64,000 nt of DNA from Candidatus Obscuribacteraceae bacterium (GTDB lineage: Bacteria > Cyanobacteriota > Vampirovibrionia > Obscuribacterales > Obscuribacteraceae). How positions within the stretch are numbered: position 1 is the first letter of the stretch; the number at the start of each line of letters is the position of its first letter. The stretch is from assembly GCA_044226015.1 (NCBI GenBank), contig JBGAHS010000001.1, forward strand, positions 960,001 to 1,024,000, written 5' to 3'. The position numbers were made by a program, and so were the translations under genes. The notes below the pieces were generated by a model. The model had not been told where the DNA came from and searched no databases. It worked only from the letters and a program-made list of their open reading frames with translations. Below are positions 55,106-64,000 of this stretch, piece by piece.

Positions 55106-55954
55106 ATGAATACCGCTACCAACAATAAAGACTACTCTCCTCCCATTTCAGAGGTGCCGTGTCCGATACTTCTGGTTGAAGATAACATCATCAATCAGAA
55201 AGCGACATTGTTGCTGCTGGAGAAAATTGGACTGCAGGCTGATGTTGTTTGCAATGGAATGGAGGCACTAGAAGCGGTGCGCCAGAGAAAGTTTTCTTTG
55301 ATCTTAATGGATTGCTACATGCCAATGATGGACGGCTTTGAAGCTACTGTAGCAATTCGCGAACATGAGATGGAATCAGGAACTTACACTCCGATTATTG
55401 CAGTCACCGCACTGGCAATGTCGGGTGACAGAGAACGTTGTATTTCTGCCGGCATGGACGACTATATTTCGAAGCCCATAGACTTCAAAGTCTTTCAAGC
55501 AAAACTGAATTATTGGCTCAACACAAATTTGGAGTTGCAGCAGCAGAAGGCTGGTCGCAGACCGTTGCGAACACATTCGCACCTGATGTTGGTTGAAAAT
55601 TCGCCCGTTGATCTGGCAGAATTGCGTAACTCGTACAGCAATGATGAAATCAACGAGTTGCTACAGGTATTCTTGAAGTGTGCGCGCAGCACAATTGCAA
55701 AAATCGAATCGCAACTCCGTGAAAGAAATCCGGTTTGTGTTTCGAAGCTTGCTCATGAACTCAGAGCCGCATGTCTCTGTGTTCGCCACAAGCAGCTGTC
55801 GCAACTTGCACTTTATTTGGAGATGGCAGGCGGTCAGGAGGATTGGCTTGAAGCATATGAAACAGTACGTTCCATGCTTCTTGCTGTTGGTGAATTTGAC
55901 GCGTTTCTAAATACCAATTTCGCTCCAGGATCGGGGAGAATAAAAGGACAATGA
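55106..55954 (+). CDS. REC-Hpt phosphorelay protein (paralogue of 52634..53458)
   Basis: LLVEDNIINQ, LMDCYMPMMDG, TPIIAVTALAMSGDRERCI; Hpt AHELR. Confidence 0.9.
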   Translation: MNTATNNKDYSPPISEVPCPILLVEDNIINQKATLLLLEKIGLQADVVCNGMEALEAVRQRKFSLILMDCYMPMMDGFEATVAIREHEMESGTYTPIIAVTALAMSGDRERCISAGMDDYISKPIDFKVFQAKLNYWLNTNLELQQQKAGRRPLRTHSHLMLVENSPVDLAELRNSYSNDEINELLQVFLKCARSTIAKIESQLRERNPVCVSKLAHELRAACLCVRHKQLSQLALYLEMAGGQEDWLEAYETVRSMLLAVGEFDAFLNTNFAPGSGRIKGQ

Positions 55955-57663
55955 GATATAAGGCGCTTGCCTGCGATTATGACGGCACCCTTGCCGAGCA
56001 TAAGCAGCTTGAACCGGATCAAATAAGTCAATTATTGAAATTACAAGCAAATGGACGGAAGTTGCTTCTCGTAACGGGGCGGCTACTGGAAGACTTGCTT
56101 GTAATTATTCCGGATATTTCAATTTTTGATTATGTAGTTTGCGAAAACGGTGCGTTGTTGTACGAACCACGCTCACGCAAAGAGACTTTAATTGGTCAGG
56201 CTCCGCCTGAAAAAATGTTGCAACTTGCTACAGAGCGAAATGTGACACCACTCTATGTTGGGCGCTCAATAGTTAGCACCCTTGTGCCTTGGGACAAGAC
56301 CATGTTCGAAATAATTCGTGAACTCGGTCTTGAATGGCAGCTTATATTTAACAACGAGGCTGTGATGTTGTTGCCTCCTGGCGTGAACAAAGCTTTCGGT
56401 TTGCGCTCGGCACTCAAAGAGCTTGGCTTGTCGCCACATAACTGCGTTGCTATTGGTGATGCTGAAAATGATCACGCCTTTTTGAATCAGGCAGAAATAG
56501 GCGTAGCGGTAGGAAACGCAATTCCGACGTTGAAAGAAAATGCCGATATGGTGACGCAAGGAAGGGTTTTTGAAGGTGTGAGGGAATTGATTGACAAGAT
56601 CGTCGAATCAGACCTCGCAGCAGTGCGCCCTTCGCTGGTCAAGACGGAGCTAAAGCTTGGAACAGACGAGCAGGATCAAGCGTTTCGTGTAAATCCATAT
56701 GGAAGCTCTCTGCTAATTGCTGGAGCTTCTGGCAGTGGCAAATCTACCGTTGCTCATGCGCTACTTGAGCGCTTAACGGAGAAGAAATATCAATTCTGCT
56801 TGATCGATCCAGAGGGCGACTACGAAAAACTAGACAATGCTGTGTCGCTGGGTGACCCGAAGAATATTCCAACAATAAACGAGATTCTGCAAATTCTGCG
56901 CAATCCATCTGAAAGTGTTGTCGTTAACCTTCTCGGTGTTCCGCTAGCAGATAGACCTAAGTATTTTCATGCCTTGCTGCCGCACTTGCATGCGTTTTAC
57001 ACCGAGACGGGGCGGCCGCACTGGTTGGCTATTGATGAAGCGCACCATTTGTTGCCTGCTAATATCTCGACTTCCAACCTGGCAATGAGCGAATTGTCGG
57101 GCAGTACTTTGCTTGTAACTGTTCACCCTGACCACGTAAGTCCTAAGGCTCTTGCTGCAGTCGACACTGTTCTTACCATAGGTCGCTTTCCTCGTGAAAC
57201 GATACGCCAATTTTGCGGAGCAATAGGCGAACTTGAGCCACCGTCTGTAATACCAGAGTCGCAGAATGGTAACGTCATTGCCTGGAGGCGTGATCAGAAT
57301 ACTGAACCATTCGTCATTCACATGGTGCCTGCCAAACAAGAACGTCAGCGCCATCGCAGGAAATATACTCAGGGTGACGTAGGGATGGAGAAGAGTTTCG
57401 TTTTCAGAGGACCCGAAAACCGGCTCAAACTTCGAGCACAAAATCTGCAAATCTTTATGCAAATGGCAGACGGTGTTGATACCGACACTTTCACGTATCA
57501 CCTTCGCAAAGGCGACTACTCAAAATGGTGCAAGGATGCTATCAAAGATGAGGCACTCGCTTCTGAAATGGCTGCAATTGAAAACAGACATGAACTAAAT
57601 GCGGAAGAGAGCCTTGAAAGCGTCAAGGCACTGATTCAGCGACGCTACGGCGGACCTGAGTAA
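55951..57663 (+). CDS. HAD-IIB (Cof-like) hydrolase fused to HerA/FtsK-like P-loop ATPase and a small C-terminal domain
   Basis: CDYDGTL, VTGR, GVNK, GDAEND; Walker A GASGSGKS, IDPEGDY, Walker B AIDEAHH. Confidence 0.88.
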   Translation: MRYKALACDYDGTLAEHKQLEPDQISQLLKLQANGRKLLLVTGRLLEDLLVIIPDISIFDYVVCENGALLYEPRSRKETLIGQAPPEKMLQLATERNVTPLYVGRSIVSTLVPWDKTMFEIIRELGLEWQLIFNNEAVMLLPPGVNKAFGLRSALKELGLSPHNCVAIGDAENDHAFLNQAEIGVAVGNAIPTLKENADMVTQGRVFEGVRELIDKIVESDLAAVRPSLVKTELKLGTDEQDQAFRVNPYGSSLLIAGASGSGKSTVAHALLERLTEKKYQFCLIDPEGDYEKLDNAVSLGDPKNIPTINEILQILRNPSESVVVNLLGVPLADRPKYFHALLPHLHAFYTETGRPHWLAIDEAHHLLPANISTSNLAMSELSGSTLLVTVHPDHVSPKALAAVDTVLTIGRFPRETIRQFCGAIGELEPPSVIPESQNGNVIAWRRDQNTEPFVIHMVPAKQERQRHRRKYTQGDVGMEKSFVFRGPENRLKLRAQNLQIFMQMADGVDTDTFTYHLRKGDYSKWCKDAIKDEALASEMAAIENRHELNAEESLESVKALIQRRYGGPE

Positions 57664-57720
57664 CTCGTGTTCTCTGGGAACTGCTTTGTGACAGAACTTC
57701 ACTCTCAGTGCTGCTTGAGA

Positions 57721-58758
57721 CTAATATTGCTGAAGTGCCCATTGGGCATGTTCAATTAGCATTTCATCAGTTTCGTTTGTGAGAAACTTTTCTAACGCGT
57801 CTTCGCCGCCTTCAGGAAGCCTGTTTCCGATCACCACAATCGCGTTGCGAACTAATCCTTTTCTCTTCGGTCTACTCAAGGGTGTGTTGCCAAATCGGCG
57901 AACGAATTCTCGCTGACTTGGAATCTGAAGCAATTCAAATAGATCAAGATAATGCCCAACTCCGCATTCCGGCTGAAACTCGGCCCAGATATTTGGATTC
58001 GCTTTGAAGTTGTATGGACAAACTTCCTGGCAGACATCACAGCCAAAAACCCAATCGCCCATTTGTTTCCTGAACTCAATCGGAATGCCTTGTTTGTTTT
58101 CGATTGTCAAAAACGAAATGCAGCGATTCGAGTCCACAACTTTCTCTGCAACAATTGCGTCGGTAGGACAGCCCGCAGCGCATCTAAAACAATTTCCACA
58201 GGTGCCTTTATAGGGAGCATCACTTTCCATCTCAATATCAGTGAAGAGCTCAGCAACGAAATGGTATGAACCCAACATCTTTGGTCCAATTATCAAACTG
58301 TTTTTTCCTGTAAACCCAAGCCCGTGCCGTGCAGCTAGACCTTGCTCAAATAGATTCACATCATCTGTGAAATATTTTCCTAGCAATGGACGCGATAGCT
58401 TGTTCTCGATTTGCTCTTTCAATTCCTGAAGTTTCTTCGGAAGGACATGGTGGTAGTCTTGCCCGACTGCATACCTGGCAACCTTTCCATATTGAGCACC
58501 GGGATCTGGCGGTCGCTCGGTATAATAGTTTGCAAACAGAAGGATTACAGAGTACGCTCCGGGAACTAGTAAAGATGGTCGGTTTCTGCCTTCAGGGTCA
58601 CGTTTCAAATAGTTCATTGTTGATGCGTAGCCCTTTGCCAGCCACTCTTCGTAGAACTTTTGTTCCGCTTCCATTGGTTCCAGGCTTGCGATTACAGCAT
58701 GCGCAAAGCCCATCGATGAAGCGCACTCAATAATCGTTTTCTTAGCATCAATGGTCAT
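57721..58758 (-). CDS. queG: Epoxyqueuosine reductase
   Basis: ARYAVGQDYH, GKNS, CGNCFRCAAGCPT, CISFLTIE, FGCDVCQEVCP. Confidence 0.95.
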   Translation of the reverse strand: MTIDAKKTIIECASSMGFAHAVIASLEPMEAEQKFYEEWLAKGYASTMNYLKRDPEGRNRPSLLVPGAYSVILLFANYYTERPPDPGAQYGKVARYAVGQDYHHVLPKKLQELKEQIENKLSRPLLGKYFTDDVNLFEQGLAARHGLGFTGKNSLIIGPKMLGSYHFVAELFTDIEMESDAPYKGTCGNCFRCAAGCPTDAIVAEKVVDSNRCISFLTIENKQGIPIEFRKQMGDWVFGCDVCQEVCPYNFKANPNIWAEFQPECGVGHYLDLFELLQIPSQREFVRRFGNTPLSRPKRKGLVRNAIVVIGNRLPEGGEDALEKFLTNETDEMLIEHAQWALQQY

Positions 58759-58773
58759 AGCAAAGGTGAAAAC

Positions 58774-59898
58774 TTGTCAGCTCCTCAACACGATAAAAGT
58801 ATAACTGAAGCCGAGCGGCACTTAGAGATTGAAGATTTTGATTATGAGCTTCCTCCTGGGTTAATTGCGCAAGAACCGGCAGTTGAAAGAACTCATTCGC
58901 GCCTGATGGTTCTGAACAGAAGTCAGCAAACAATTGAACATAAGCAATTTTTCAATTTGTCTGAGTATTTAAAATCAGGCGATTTGATTGTTTTGAACAA
59001 CACAAAAGTCATTCCCGCACGCATAATGGCTCGTCGGCAAAGTGGCGGTGTTGTAGAGGTGTTGCTTCTTAAACCAGAGGCGACAAGACCCGGGGTCTGG
59101 CAAGCTATGGCAAGTCCATTGCGTAAGTTGAAAGAAGGAGACGCTTTGCTTGTCACTACTGGTGATGGCACTGACGCTGAAATTAAAGTTGCTGGATTTT
59201 TCGAGTCGGCTGATTCTCAGAGACGAGTTTACGTTGATTTCGGAAGCCCAGCTGCCGTTCACACCCTCTTAAGTAAGGTCGGGCAGTCTCCTCTGCCGCC
59301 CTATATTCGAAGTGAAAGAACAAAAAGCCATTCAGAACTGTTTACTCCTCAGGACCTCAGCCGCTACCAGACCGTTTTTGCTAAGGTTGACGGGGCCGTC
59401 GCGGCGCCAACTGCTGGGTTGCATTTTAGTGAAGCTCTCTTCGGCGAACTGAGAGAAAAGGGAGTTGATATTGAGTTCCTGACACTTCATGTAGGTGCAG
59501 GGACATTTAAACCCATTTCCGGTTCAGTGTCGGACCATACCGTGGAGTCAGAAGAGTTCTTTATTAGACCTGCACTTGCAGACAAAGTAAACAGCTGCAA
59601 AGCCGCAGGAGGGCGTGTGATTGCTGTTGGAACGACTTCCTGTCGGGCATTGGAAACCGCTGGAGCAAGTGGAAAGCTCTTGCCTGCAGAAGGCATAGAA
59701 AGTCATCTGTATATCAGTCCGGGACACGATTTCAAAATTGTCGACTGCCTGGTTACAAACTTCCACTTGAGTCGATCAAGCTTGCTTGTTCTTGTTTCTG
59801 CTTTTGGAGGGCATGAACTGGTCATGTCTGCGTATCGGGAAGCGATTGAACGAAGGTATCGATTTTACAGCTACGGCGACGCCATGTTCATTTTTTAA
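58774..59898 (+). CDS. queA: S-adenosylmethionine:tRNA ribosyltransferase-isomerase
   Basis: FDYELP..LIAQEP, NNTKVIPAR, PLPPYI, AAPTAGLHF, LHVGAGTF, TNFHL, YRFYSYGDAM. Confidence 0.97.
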   Translation: MSAPQHDKSITEAERHLEIEDFDYELPPGLIAQEPAVERTHSRLMVLNRSQQTIEHKQFFNLSEYLKSGDLIVLNNTKVIPARIMARRQSGGVVEVLLLKPEATRPGVWQAMASPLRKLKEGDALLVTTGDGTDAEIKVAGFFESADSQRRVYVDFGSPAAVHTLLSKVGQSPLPPYIRSERTKSHSELFTPQDLSRYQTVFAKVDGAVAAPTAGLHFSEALFGELREKGVDIEFLTLHVGAGTFKPISGSVSDHTVESEEFFIRPALADKVNSCKAAGGRVIAVGTTSCRALETAGASGKLLPAEGIESHLYISPGHDFKIVDCLVTNFHLSRSSLLVLVSAFGGHELVMSAYREAIERRYRFYSYGDAMFIF

Positions 59899-60043
59899 CA
59901 GGCAATGTACACCGAGTCGCCTGGTTTCTGCTGCGCAATGGTCTCTAATTGTAGAAGAGTTTTTTTATTTGGATCCCAAATTCTATCGAGACGAGTGCAA
60001 GACCCTGTTTGAGAGCGCCGCCATCATGGCGGCTTCTGTCTGA

Positions 60044-61390
60044 TTAATGAGCCGTAGTATTTTTAACGGAAATGTCGACTACCCTTTCGTCTTTTCGTAG
60101 TATCTCAGAATAAAGCAAATACATGCGCACCATATTCAGTGCTTCATTGCTCGCCCTCATTCGGATACCGCTTCTGCCCATTCTCGCCGGAAAGAGTTTC
60201 TTTATGACGATGGTCTCCTGTTCACTAGCGAGGCTGATGTACACCAAACCTACGGGCTTTTCGTCTGTTCCGCCATCGGGTCCTGCAATACCTGTAATGC
60301 CTACTCCAATGTCAGCCTTCCCCACTTTTCTTGCGCCTTCCGCCATAGCTTTTGCGCATTGCATGCTAACCGCACCATGTTCTTTCAAAACTTTCTCATC
60401 GACGCCGAGAATTTCTTGCTTTGCCTCGTTAGCATAGGTAACAAGATTCAAGCGAATGAATGTCGAACTTCCTGGAATGTCGGTAAGCCGCTTGCTGACT
60501 AATCCGCCAGTGCATGACTCTGCGGTAGTGAGTGTAAGTTTTCGTTCAGTCAAGAGTCGAGCTACCACCGTTTCGAGAACGTCTTTGTCAATTCCGTAAC
60601 AGAGGAAACCGCTTTCATTTTTGATCTTCTCAATGACAGGAATGGCTATTCGTTTTGCTTCATCGACGGAGCTGGCTTTGGCTGAGACACGCAAGCGGCA
60701 TTCGCCGGTTCCTGCAAGCGGTGCGACCGTTGGATTGGAGCCATTTAAAAGGTCTGCGTATTTTTCAGCCAGATTTGATTCACCTATTCCGAAGTGTTTT
60801 AGTTCTTGCGACCAGACCACCGAAGAATCAAACTCTTTGGCCAGGAACGGAGCTGCAGTCTCTTCCCACATTTTGGTCATTTCAGAGGGCACTCCAGGAA
60901 ATGTGAAAATGTATTTGGGGCGGCTACAATCATCTATGCCAGCGCGCTTCAGTTCTTCTTCTGAGAGCTTCCAGATGATACCAGGAGCGGTGCCCGTAGG
61001 ATTTGCCAGAATGTTGGCACCAGCTGGTCTTGTTGCTTGTTTTTTGTTGGAGTCAACCATCTTGATTCCCAGACCCTGGAAAATGCCCTGTATATGTGCC
61101 AGAACATTCTCGTCGAGCATCATCTGTACTTTAAAGAGTTCTGCAATTGATTCATGTGTGAGGTCGTCCGCAGTAGGTCCTAACCCTCCTGTAGTGATAA
61201 CGACATCAGACCTGTTCAGTGCTAACTTCAGCGTCGAAACGATGCGCTCCATGTTATCGCCGACAGTGCTCTTAAACATGCAGTCGAGACCCAAATTTGC
61301 TAACTCTGTCGAAATAAACTGACTGTTTGTGTCTAAAATCTGTCCTAATAAAAGTTCAGTTCCTATAGAAACAATTTCAGCTGATGGCAT
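60044..61390 (-). CDS. cinA: Competence/damage-inducible protein CinA (MoCF-like + NMN deamidase)
   Basis: GTELLLG, TGGLGPTADD, PGVPSEM, AESCTGG, GIAGPDGG. Confidence 0.95.
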   Translation of the reverse strand: MPSAEIVSIGTELLLGQILDTNSQFISTELANLGLDCMFKSTVGDNMERIVSTLKLALNRSDVVITTGGLGPTADDLTHESIAELFKVQMMLDENVLAHIQGIFQGLGIKMVDSNKKQATRPAGANILANPTGTAPGIIWKLSEEELKRAGIDDCSRPKYIFTFPGVPSEMTKMWEETAAPFLAKEFDSSVVWSQELKHFGIGESNLAEKYADLLNGSNPTVAPLAGTGECRLRVSAKASSVDEAKRIAIPVIEKIKNESGFLCYGIDKDVLETVVARLLTERKLTLTTAESCTGGLVSKRLTDIPGSSTFIRLNLVTYANEAKQEILGVDEKVLKEHGAVSMQCAKAMAEGARKVGKADIGVGITGIAGPDGGTDEKPVGLVYISLASEQETIVIKKLFPARMGRSGIRMRASNEALNMVRMYLLYSEILRKDERVVDISVKNTTAH

Positions 61391-61487
61391 GGCTTCTCCT
61401 AAATCTCTGGCACTCCATCTGCGATTTTAGTCATCAATTTATCTAGCAAATCGACGTCAGCTGAGAATTTGTTGCTATTCTTTTTAT

Positions 61488-62168
61488 ATGAATAGTAAGT
61501 TTGCTCCTTTTGCATGTTGGTCTATCGCTGCGGCCGTATTCGGATTGCTGGTATCTCCGGTTGGGTCAGTGGCTTCATCTGACGTGGAAAAGTCGAAGTC
61601 GAAGTTGTCAGAGTTTTGGACTGATGACGAAAAAGACTTCAATCTAGCAATCGAAAACGGCAGTGAATTCAGCAAAGTTTCAGATGATGTCCTGCAGCTA
61701 AAAAAGGGTAGCTTTCTGGTTGAAAGTGAAGGGGCTGTGAGCTTGCGCTTGCCCATGTCAGAGCTGCAATTGAAACCCAAAACGATTATTTTGGTGCGCA
61801 TCACAAACAACAGTGAACGCTTTTTTTGCCTGCTGGATGAAGCCGTGCTGACCGTCTCTGGAAAGTCATTTATTATTCACTGTGGTGAAGAGAGTCTCTT
61901 ATCTGATCACAATCCTCGTCCATCCGAGCTCACAGGCGAGAACGAGGTCTGGGTCAGGCAAGGCATAGGTACGGACATTGCAGATGACAGAAAGTTGGCA
62001 ATGATGGAGTTTTCCATTATTCAAGCAATGGAAAGAGAGCCCTTGCTATATCAAGTGTCTCATTCCAAGCACGGTCATGATCGGGCATTGCGCGACAAGC
62101 TATTGAAAGCCGTTGCGGTCTTGAATTTTGTAACTAACAAGCATGGGCAATATCGGCCCACGAATTAG
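61488..62168 (+). CDS. Exported protein consisting of the domain found at the C-terminus of both giant exoproteins (FecR-like beta region plus terminal helix motif)
   Basis: Signal-like N-terminus; LQLKKGSFLV, CGEESLLS, MEFSIIQAM, DKLLKAVAVLNFVTNKHGQY align by eye with both giant C-termini. Confidence 0.75.
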   Translation: MNSKFAPFACWSIAAAVFGLLVSPVGSVASSDVEKSKSKLSEFWTDDEKDFNLAIENGSEFSKVSDDVLQLKKGSFLVESEGAVSLRLPMSELQLKPKTIILVRITNNSERFFCLLDEAVLTVSGKSFIIHCGEESLLSDHNPRPSELTGENEVWVRQGIGTDIADDRKLAMMEFSIIQAMEREPLLYQVSHSKHGHDRALRDKLLKAVAVLNFVTNKHGQYRPTN

Positions 62169-62243
62169 AAGACATTAGCCCCCGAATTAGCAAAAGCCGG
62201 TGCCCACGAACAAAGCCGGTCTGGCGTTCTATACCCACAAAGC

Positions 62244-62274
62244 AAAAAAGGTTTGACTCTGCAAACCTTTCTTT
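62244..62274. terminator. Bidirectional terminator hairpin
   Basis: aaaaaaggtttg...caaacctttcttt between convergent genes. Confidence 0.7.
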
Positions 62275-62294
62275 GACTTAATTTATTGCTCTTC

Positions 62295-62510
62295 TTAGGC
62301 GCTTGGGAAGCTGAACGCATGGGGCGCCCATTCTTCGTCACCCTTCGGAATAATCATGCCGCCATGTCCGCCACCGCTCGGTTTGGCTTCCGGCGCATTG
62401 CAATCGTAACTGAAGATAGCCCACAGCCCTATCGCCATGATGCTCCAGAAGCACACCATGAAGAATATTAGCCAGTTGTGAGACGCATCGCTATGATGTT
62501 CGGTACTCAT
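62295..62510 (-). CDS. Small single-pass membrane protein
   Basis: GAGGT RBS; TM WLIFFMVCFWSIMAIGLWAIF. Confidence 0.65.
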   Translation of the reverse strand: MSTEHHSDASHNWLIFFMVCFWSIMAIGLWAIFSYDCNAPEAKPSGGGHGGMIIPKGDEEWAPHAFSFPSA

Positions 62511-62676
62511 TGACGACCTCTTGTTACCTTTCAGATCTGGATTTTAGTAAACGATTAAAGAATCATACTTATGATAAACCTGCTGACAGCTTAGCGCTAG
62601 CCGGAATTTTCAATTTCAGCGGAAAAAGTTAATCATAAACGGTGAATGACAAAATTGAGGTGCACTTTGCTGATTG

Positions 62677-63597
62677 TCAGGAGATGTTGGCAATCAGTTT
62701 TGTATAGAGTTCCGGGTCAACATTTCCGCCGCTGGCTATAGCAAGCACTTTGCTTCCTCGAAATATAGCCTTGTTTTCCAAAACTGCTGCTAGAGCTAAC
62801 GCACCCGTGGGTTCGACTTTCAAATTTGCCAGAAGGAAAGCTGTGCGGACAGTATTTTCTATAGCTTCATCGTCTACTTCCAGCACTCCTGCTAGATTCC
62901 CATTTAGTATCGCAAAGTTGCGTTTGCCCAGGCTCAGCGTCCTGGCTCCGTCAGCGATGGTTTGTGCCTCTTTGGCAAAACTGACTATTTCCCCTTTTTT
63001 CATTGATTGCGCAGCATCATTAGCAAGGGCTGGTTCTGCCGCATAAACTCTGGTGTGTTCATTTTTTGCTTGGCGAAGACCTTTGATAATGCCCGCGCAT
63101 AATCCGCCACCACCAATGGGGACAACAATATAGTCCAGGTCGGGAAATCTGTTTGCAATTTCAATTCCGAGAGTGGCATTTCCATCTATGACGTAGTCGT
63201 CGTCGTAAGCGCTTGCAATGTATGCTCCAGGATTCTCAGCTGCAAGCTCAGCCACACGCACTGCTCGCGGTTTCACCGTGGTATCAACAAGCTCAACTCT
63301 GGCCCCCCAGTATTTCGTGGAAGCCACTTTTATTGCTGCTGAATTGTGTGGCATCACTATGATGCTCTTTTTGTTTAAGAGTGAACATGCGCATGACAGA
63401 GCTTGTCCAAAGTTTCCAGAAGATGCTGTTATGAGCATTTCGTTTGGGACGCTAGATGCCAAATTGTAAGCTGCTCTAAACTTAAAACTTCCCGTAGTTT
63501 GGAAGGTTTCCGACGCTAATAGAATGTCCAGTCCGCTCTCTTTTTTGAGTCGAGCCGAATTGATGATAGTTGTTGGTTGAATAATTGATTCGTTCAC
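62677..63597 (-). CDS. PLP-dependent threonine/serine dehydratase (serine racemase-like) family
   Basis: ETFQTTGSFKFR, ASSGNFG, PIGGGGL, TIADG, VEPTGA, SGGN. Confidence 0.9.
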   Translation of the reverse strand: MNESIIQPTTIINSARLKKESGLDILLASETFQTTGSFKFRAAYNLASSVPNEMLITASSGNFGQALSCACSLLNKKSIIVMPHNSAAIKVASTKYWGARVELVDTTVKPRAVRVAELAAENPGAYIASAYDDDYVIDGNATLGIEIANRFPDLDYIVVPIGGGGLCAGIIKGLRQAKNEHTRVYAAEPALANDAAQSMKKGEIVSFAKEAQTIADGARTLSLGKRNFAILNGNLAGVLEVDDEAIENTVRTAFLLANLKVEPTGALALAAVLENKAIFRGSKVLAIASGGNVDPELYTKLIANIS

Positions 63598-64000
63598 TTG
63601 AATTTTTTGATTGCTGAGAGTAGCTCGATCGCTGCATTCATGTTGAAACTGGTTTCTTGTTTTATTGTCTTAGCTTGCTGCGCAGTGTTAATGTCTCTGG
63701 CTGAAGTTTTTTCCGTTCTTAGCGTTTCTGATTTCGCGTCTGCCGACTTTTCTGCAGCCGGTGCGCTTGCCACCTTTGTTGCGCTCATGTTTGTGGCATC
63801 CGTTGCAGCGTCTTTATCCTGTGAGTTTGAAGGCACTGAATTTAGAGCCTTAGCTTCAGAATTAGTTGCATCAGCATCGACATTCGGTACGGACTGGGAG
63901 CTTACGCTTTTCTCGGTTTGAGTACCCGCTGCGCCACCATTGGCGGTGCTTTTAGGTTCGGTGCTTCCCGCGGCTTGCTTAACTGGTGTCAGCCCATAGA
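63594..64000 (-). CDS. 3' end of a gene running off the window (A/S/T/K-rich low-complexity tail)
   Basis: Frame is open from the window edge to the stop at 63594, which overlaps the dehydratase start. Confidence 0.65.
   Translation of the reverse strand, partial: YGLTPVKQAAGSTEPKSTANGGAAGTQTEKSVSSQSVPNVDADATNSEAKALNSVPSNSQDKDAATDATNMSATKVASAPAAEKSADAKSETLRTEKTSARDINTAQQAKTIKQETSFNMNAAIELLSAIKKFK

Noticed and set aside
1..64000. rRNA, tRNA, IS, prophage or defence genes
   Set aside because: None recognised by eye; intergenic gaps are short and no transposase, integrase or phage motifs appear in the ORFs.

Overview
Gene-dense bacterial chromosomal window with no rRNA, tRNA, CRISPR array or recognisable transposase/integrase. 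Cyanobacteria-like housekeeping genes, no photosynthesis genes and giant low-complexity exoproteins suggest a non-photosynthetic Cyanobacteriota relative (Vampirovibrionia/Obscuribacterales-like); this placement is inference. The core content is the yceD-rpmF-plsX-fabH-fabD operon, secD-secF, divergent queG/queA, cinA, tyrosine phenol-lyase and an acyl-CoA dehydrogenase. Four things stand out. (1) Two divergently encoded giant beta-repeat exoproteins (2952 and about 2623 aa, one with an inserted CAP domain) share an N-terminal motif and a ~165-aa C-terminal domain, and that domain recurs 35 kb away as a stand-alone 226-aa protein. This is a candidate undescribed C-terminal sorting/processing system. 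(2) A minimal two-gene PKS (helix-ACP plus KS-helix, no AT/KR/DH) converges on the FAS-II operon. (3) A stand-alone MshEN c-di-GMP-binding protein follows secDF, and a degenerate GGDEF protein lies upstream. (4) An ECF-sigma cluster carries two kinase-less REC-Hpt paralogues, several small proteins and a recurring GGAAC motif. All family calls are by eye from motifs; no searches were run.
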